Shown: piece by piece, positions 22,975 through 28,620 of the stretch
Position numbering within the stretch: the first letter of the stretch is position 1
Layout of the letters: every line of letters starts with the position of its first letter
NCBI GenBank assembly: GCA_002269645.1
Contig: NIVC01005010.1
Coordinates: 1 to 28,620, forward strand
Length of the DNA: 28,620 bases
Direction of reading: 5' to 3'
Source: Macrostomum lignano
Taxonomy: Eukaryota
The notes under the pieces: model-generated
What the model was told of the DNA's origin: nothing
Database searches by the model: none
Seen by the model: the letters and a program-made list of their open reading frames with translations, nothing else
Made by a program: the position numbers and the translations under genes

Positions 22975-24198
22975 CGAGGCCAACTCCTCCTTCGGAGAAG
23001 AAAGGGGAAGAACTCCAATCAGCGGAATTCCATTCCCTGAACTCCATCAGCGGAATCCCATTTTCAACACCTCTCCGCGCAACAGAAATCGTCTCCGTGA
23101 AACTGAACACATCGAAATCCTCTCCGTGAAACTGAACACCATCGAAATATTCTACGCGAAATAGAAATCCTCTCCGTGAAACTGGACTAAATCGAAATTT
23201 CTACGTCAAACAGCCCAGCTCTCAGAATTCATTGGTTAAGGTTAGGGTTAGGGTTAGAGCTACACACAGCTGCGTGTTGAAAGACGCCGTAAAAACATTG
23301 AACCAATTAAATTGCGCAACTTATTTCTCAGGCAGTCAGTATCAGCCTCAGTTAAAGTTAACAAAAAGATTGCGCAATCTAAATCAACCCTCAAATACAC
23401 AGCAACCGACCCCCTTCCAATACGCAGTGCAGCTAGAAATTGAACCCCCCCCACCAACTATTGGGGGTCGGTCGAACCCCCATTGAACTCCAAAATGAGA
23501 ACAATCTTTGCAGAAAGCTAAAAGTATGAAAATCTTTTCTTGAATGCTGTGAATTTAATTTTCATATTTAAAGCAAAAAACTTATATCCCCGAACTTATC
23601 GCAGCAAGATCTTTCCAGCAATATAAGTTCTCCTCTCTAAGTTCAAAACTCGAGCAACAGTTAGTGTTTGAAACTTTCTGATTTTAAGCATTGAAATATC
23701 GAGTGTACGTTCACTGCCTGCTAAAGATGCTCGCAAGTTTATGCATTAAATGCACTGAATTTCACTGTGCAAAAAATACACAGGGCTTCCTGTTAAAAAA
23801 CAGAACACAAATATTGCGCAATTGTCTATAAAGTCAGCCAGTGAGCCAGGGTCCAATTGTACACACGCCGCCAATGAGAACGCGCCCATTCCCCCACAGG
23901 AGAGAAAATGCACTGGCGACATAGGAAAAAGTTGTGGCGTAATCACTCAAAATTTATGCCAATTTTCAGCTCCGAGCAGAAAGAGGGGACAATTAAGATT
24001 ATCAAAGGTCAAGACCGCCGTTTTCTGCTTTTTTAGGGATCTTAAAAATTGAAAATGAAAGATTAAAATAGCCTAAAGCCATCCTCGGAAAATTTGCAGT
24101 TTTCCAATATAAGTTTCAACGCTGAGTTGCAAGTATTCTAGGAGGAGTTATCGAACTGACATACATACAGACAAACAACGCACCACTTTTAGTATTAA
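22975..24198 (-). mobile_element. Unit U10, short subfamily, 1224 bp
   Basis: Near-identical to U8 and U9. Confidence 0.7.
23236..23257 (+). repeat. Interstitial TTAAGG (TTAGGG)2 TTAG
   Basis: Read directly. Confidence 0.9.
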
Positions 24199-25399
24199 CG
24201 AGGCCAACTCCTCCTTCGGAGAAGAAAGGGGAAGAACTCCAATCAGCGGAATTCCATTCCCTGAACTCCATCAGCGGAATCCCATTTTCCAACACCTCTC
24301 CGCGCAACAGAAATCGTCTCCGTGAAACTGAACACCATCGAAATATTCTCCGCGAAATAGAAATCCTCTCCGTGAAACTGGACTAAATCGAAATTTCTAC
24401 GTCAAACAGCCCAGCTCTCAGAATTCATTGGTTAAGGTTAGGGTTAGGGTTAGAGCTACACACAGCTGCGTGTTGAAAGACGCCGTAAAAACATTGAACC
24501 AATTAAATTGCGCAACTTATTTCTCAGGCAGTCAGTATCAGCCTCAGTTAAAGTTAACAAAAAGATTGCGCAATCTAAATCAACCCTCAAATACACAGCA
24601 ACCGACCCCCTTCCAATACGCAGTGCAGCTAGAAATTGAACCCCCCCCACCAACTATTGGGGGGTCGGTCGAACCCCCATTGAACTCCAAAATGAGCACA
24701 ATCTTTGCAGAAAGCTAAAAGTATGAAAATCTTTTCTTGAATGCTGTGAATTTAATTTTCATATTTAAAGCAAAAAACTTATATCCCCGAACTCATTGCA
24801 GCAAGATCTTTCCAGCAATATAAGTCTCTCCTCTCTAAGTTCAAAACTCGAGCAACAGTTAGTGTTTGAAACTTTCTGATTTTAAGCATTGAAATATCGA
24901 GTGTACGTTCACTGCCTGCTAAAGATGCTCGCAAGTTTATGCATTAAAATGCACTGAATTTCACTGTGCAAAAAATACACAGGGCTTCCTGTTAAAAAAC
25001 AGAACACAAATAGTTGCGCAATTGTCTATAAAGTCAGTCAGTGAGCCAGGGTTCAAGTGTACACACGCAGCCACTGAGAACGCGACCATCCCCCACTTGA
25101 GAGAAAATACACTGCCAAGATAGAAAAATTTTATGGCGCAATCACTAAAATTTATGCAAATTTTCAGCTCCAAGCAGAAAGAGGGACAATTAAGATTATC
25201 AAAGGTCAAGACCGCCATTTTCTGCTTTTTTAGGGATCTTAAAAATTGAAAATGAAAGATTAAAATAGCCTAAAGCCATCCTCGGAAAATTTGCAGTTTT
25301 CCCATATAAGTTTCAACGCTGACTTGCAAGTATTCTAGGAGGAGTTATCCAACAAACACACACACACACAGACAAACAACGCACCAACTTTAGTATTAA
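24199..25399 (-). mobile_element. Unit U11, short subfamily, 1201 bp (mosaic B module, AC microsatellite)
   Basis: Left part matches U8-U10; part of B matches U0. Confidence 0.7.
24432..24453 (+). repeat. Interstitial TTAAGG (TTAGGG)2 TTAG
   Basis: Read directly. Confidence 0.9.
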
Positions 25400-25559
25400 C
25401 GAGTGGAACTCCTCCTTCGGAGGAGAAAGGGGAAGAACTCCCATCACCGGAATTCTATTCCCTGAAATATCCATCAACTGAAATTCCATGTCTTTAACCC
25501 TATCTTCCAAATCGTCTCCAAATTCTTTACAAAATCTTTCAAAGACCATAGCTCAAAGA

Positions 25560-26271
25560 CTCTCAAGTCTCTCATATCTCCTCTCTCCTCTCTCTCATCT
25601 CATCTCTACCCCTGCTCCCTTATTTATCTCTTCTCCCTCGTCTTTCGTCTGTACCTTCTCCTGTCTTCTGTCTCCTCTCTTCACTCTTATCTCTCCCTCT
25701 TCTCTCCTCTCTCATATGTCATCTCTACTCACTTATCTATCGTCTCTCTTAACCCTCTCTCTCTCTCTTCTCTTTTCTCTTCTCTCTGCTCTCATTTCTC
25801 ATATTTCATATACGCTCTGACACTACTTTCTTGTCTCCCATCTTTCTTCCTCCTTTTCACTATCCCCTGTCTCTTCTCTTCTCTCTTTTCTATTCTCTCC
25901 ATTCTCTCTTTTCTCCTTTCCTTGCTCCTTTCATCTCTCTCCTCTCTCCTCACTCTCTTCTCCTTTCGCTTCTCTCTCCTCTCTCTCCTCTCATCTTTAC
26001 TACCTTATTTATATCTTCTCCCTAGTCTTTCGTCTGTACTCTCTCCTGTCTCCTCTCTCCCCTGCTCTCTCATCCCTCATCTCCTCATCTCACTCTTTCT
26101 TTCTCCTCTACTCTCCCCTCTCTTCTATTGCCTCTGTACGCTCTTATCCCTCATCTATTCTCTCTCCTATCATCTCCAATCTGTCATGTCTAATCTCTCC
26201 ACTCAATTATACTCTGTTTTCTATCATCTCTTCTCTCTTCTCTTTTCAGTCTTCTCTTTACTCTCTTCTCT
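25560..26271. repeat. CT-rich tract, U12
   Basis: As in U1. Confidence 0.95.
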
Positions 26272-26663
26272 GACTGATTGAAGATGCCAAATCCATCAAG
26301 ATCCTCTCCGCGAAGCAAAAATCCTGTCTGTGCAACTAAAAACCATCGAAATCCTCTCAGTGAAACTGGACTCCTTCGAAATCCTCTCCTTGAAACTTAA
26401 ATCCATCAAAATTGTTTCCATAAAACAGAAATCAATCATAAATTATCTCCGCGAAACAGAAAGCCTCTCCGTGAAGCTGAACATGATCGAAATCCTCTCC
26501 GTGAAACTGAACACCATGGAAATCCTTTCGTGAAACTGAACATCATCGAAATCCTCTCCACGAAACAGAAATCTTCTCCGTCAGAATTTAAACATTGAAA
26601 TCGTCTCCGCTAAACTTGACTTAATCGATTTTTTCCGTCAAACAACTCAACTCGCCAGATTCA

Positions 26664-26691
26664 TTAGGGTTAGGGTTAGGGTTAGGGTTAG
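26664..26691 (+). repeat. Interstitial (TTAGGG)4 TTAG
   Basis: Read directly. Confidence 0.95.
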
Positions 26692-27602
26692 AACTACGCA
26701 CAGCTTCGTGTTAAAAGGCACAGATAAAAATATTGAACTAATTGAATCAATTCATTGCGCAACCGATTTCACAGTCAGTCAGTATCAGCCTCAGGTAAAG
26801 TTAACAAAAGATTGCGCAATCTAAATCAACCCTCCAATCCACAGCTGTAGTGAGAAGTTGAACCCTCCCCCAACTTTATCTATTACGTCTTGCAAAACTG
26901 AGTACAATATTTGCAAAAAGTTAAAAGTATGGAAATAGTTTTCAAATGCTGTGCTTTTTCTTTTCATAGTTAAAGCAAACAACTTATATCCCCGAACTCA
27001 GCGTTGCAAGATCTTTCCAGCAATATAAGTTTCTCCTCTCAAAGTTTAAAACTCGAGGAACAGTTAGCGTTTGAAACTGTCTGATTTATAGCATTGAAGT
27101 ATCGAGTGTACGTTCACTGCCTGCTTGCAAGTTGATGCATTGAATTTCAATGTCCAACAAATACACAGGACTGCCCATTGATAGGCAGGAAAACTTATCA
27201 GTAGCCATATCATTGCGCAATTATCTATAAAGTCAGCCAGTGAGCCAGGGTCCAATTGTACACACGCCGCCAATGAGAACGCGCCCATTCCCCCACAGGA
27301 GAGAAAATGCACTGGCGACATAGGAAAAAGTTGTGGCGTAATCACTCAAAATTTATGCCAATTTTCAGCTCCGAGCAGAAAGAGGGGACAATTAAGATTA
27401 TCAAAGGTCAAGACCGCCGTTTTCTGCTTTTTTAGGGATCTTAAAAATTGAAAATGAAAGATTAAAATAGCCTAAAGCCATCCTCGGAAAATTTGCAGTT
27501 TTCCCATATAAGTTTCAACGCTGAGTTGCAAGTATTCTAGGAGGAGTTATCGAACTGACATACAGACAGACAAACAACGCGTCAACTTTAGTATATATAG
27601 AG

Positions 27603-27603
<1 letters not shown>

Positions 27604-27631
<28 letters not shown>
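27604..27631 (+). repeat. (GATA)7 microsatellite at the array terminus
   Basis: Read directly. Confidence 0.95.
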
Positions 27632-27633
<2 letters not shown>

Positions 27634-28227
27634 AGAGGATGTACATGTAGAATTCTTGGCTTTGTTCCCCCTCCATGATTTAACACAGTCGAGTTGAGCT
27701 TCCTCCTACTTCAGGTGTCCATGCATTGAACAATCTGATTGGAGAGTTGAGCTGAGACAATAAGGCCATGGTAATCCTATAACTGAGAGAGTTTGCTGGC
27801 TCACCAAAAAGTTTCAGGAGCAGTCAGCATGGCGACAAATCTTTGCTGTCTGCAGTCCTCCTAGGCTATGCTGTGCTTGATCTGGACCAACACCTGGTGC
27901 CCAGTGTTGACTCGGCAATGGGTAAGCTGAGCTCACATCCTGATCGTGACTATTCTAAATATGTGCCAATACAGTTTTTTTTCACGGGTTTTGTTACTAC
28001 AGTCACAGGCGTCAGGCGTCGGTAAACAATAACGGTACTGCTTTCCAACTGGTGTCTTCGCTTTTAATTATACCGTGTTAATCATTCGGCCACCAACCTA
28101 ACTCTAGTAAAAATGATTTGATGACAGACCCGAAAATTTTAGAGCCTCTAGTATTTCTTTATTGAATTAAGATGTTTTTCTGCAACTCAGTTTTATTTCC
28201 GCCTTCACAGAGTGACCAAAATGTAAA

Positions 28228-28620
28228 GGAGGCCGTAGTCTAGTACATGTAGTCGGCTCGGCGTTATGATGCGCCAGCGGCCTAGGCTCGATTCCAAAGT
28301 GCAGTCACATTAATTTGGGACTGAATTTGAATCTCGGCTTGACTCTGCTCGTGCAATTACCGCCCTTGAGGGCCAACCCCAAGGCACAGTGAAGTGTTTA
28401 TGCCTAACGATAATATAAAGTTAGGGCCGCTGTACACTCCTGTGGGAGTGTGTGCCTGTGCGTATGACTGCATACGTATCCGCGCGCTTGGGTGCCTGCG
28501 GCGGAATGGGGGCCGGCAGCAATGCTCTCGCCGGTTGTGTGACACTGTCTCATAAGTGAGCCAGGGTGCATTTGCATGCCCCGACTTGCTCATGAACAAT
28601 GACGATATAGTGACCATTCG
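28228..28620 (+). mobile_element. Possible tRNA-derived SINE head and body (runs off the window)
   Basis: A-box-like TAGTCTAGT[ACATGTAGT]CGG at 28236-28256 and B-box-like GGCTCGATTCC at 28285-28295, followed by a GC-richer body. Family not identified. Confidence 0.4.

Larger units (their letters stand above)
1..27636 (-). repeat. Head-to-tail tandem array (macrosatellite) of a composite Helitron-like unit; continues beyond the left edge
   Basis: The same ordered modules recur 13 times. Junction hairpins start at 980, 3754, 6854, 9942, 13083, 15549, 18314, 20519, 21749, 22984, 24208 and 25409. Homology stops at about 27636. Confidence 0.97.
25400..27636 (-). mobile_element. Unit U12, terminal unit, about 2.24 kb, with intact 5' TC terminus at the array boundary
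   Basis: Near-identical to U7; ends in (GATA)7-GAAGA, then sequence unrelated to the array. Confidence 0.7.

Noticed and set aside
1-27636. Interpretation as LTR/non-LTR retrotransposons or a true chromosome end
   Set aside because: No LTR TG..CA ends, PBS, RT ORF or poly(A) tail. The TTAGGG tracts are at most 5 perfect repeats and are internal to each unit.
27715-27921. Possible exon in the flank (pyrimidine tract-CAG ... G|GTAAG)
   Set aside because: All three plus-strand frames contain stops; the 27843-28025 ORF has no recognisable homology. Only RNA-seq could rescue it.

Overview
Non-coding eukaryotic DNA (TTAGGG-type telomere repeat; probably an animal, by inference). Positions 1-27636 are one head-to-tail array of a composite 1.2-3.1 kb unit: 12 complete units plus a partial unit at the left edge. 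Read on the minus strand, each unit resembles a non-autonomous Helitron. It has a 5' TCTAT..TACTAAAG terminus, a (TCTG)n microsatellite, module B (about 360 bp), 1-3 copies of module A (about 430-520 bp), a short (CCCTAA)2-5 telomeric tract, a 20/30-bp minisatellite and an optional 0.7-1.1 kb GA-rich tract. It ends in a 3' hairpin CTCCTCC-GAA-GGAGGAG followed by TTCCA-CTCG. Three further signals stand out: an 11-bp inverted repeat brackets every junction, a second terminator-like palindrome+CTAA abuts the telomeric tract, and the units form mosaic subfamilies. The array ends at about 27636 at an intact TC terminus. The last ~1 kb does not match the array and ends in a possible tRNA-derived SINE. 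No credible protein-coding gene is present; the ORFs are low-complexity or repeat artefacts. The Helitron call rests on hand-read structure, not on a database hit. Module boundaries are approximate.
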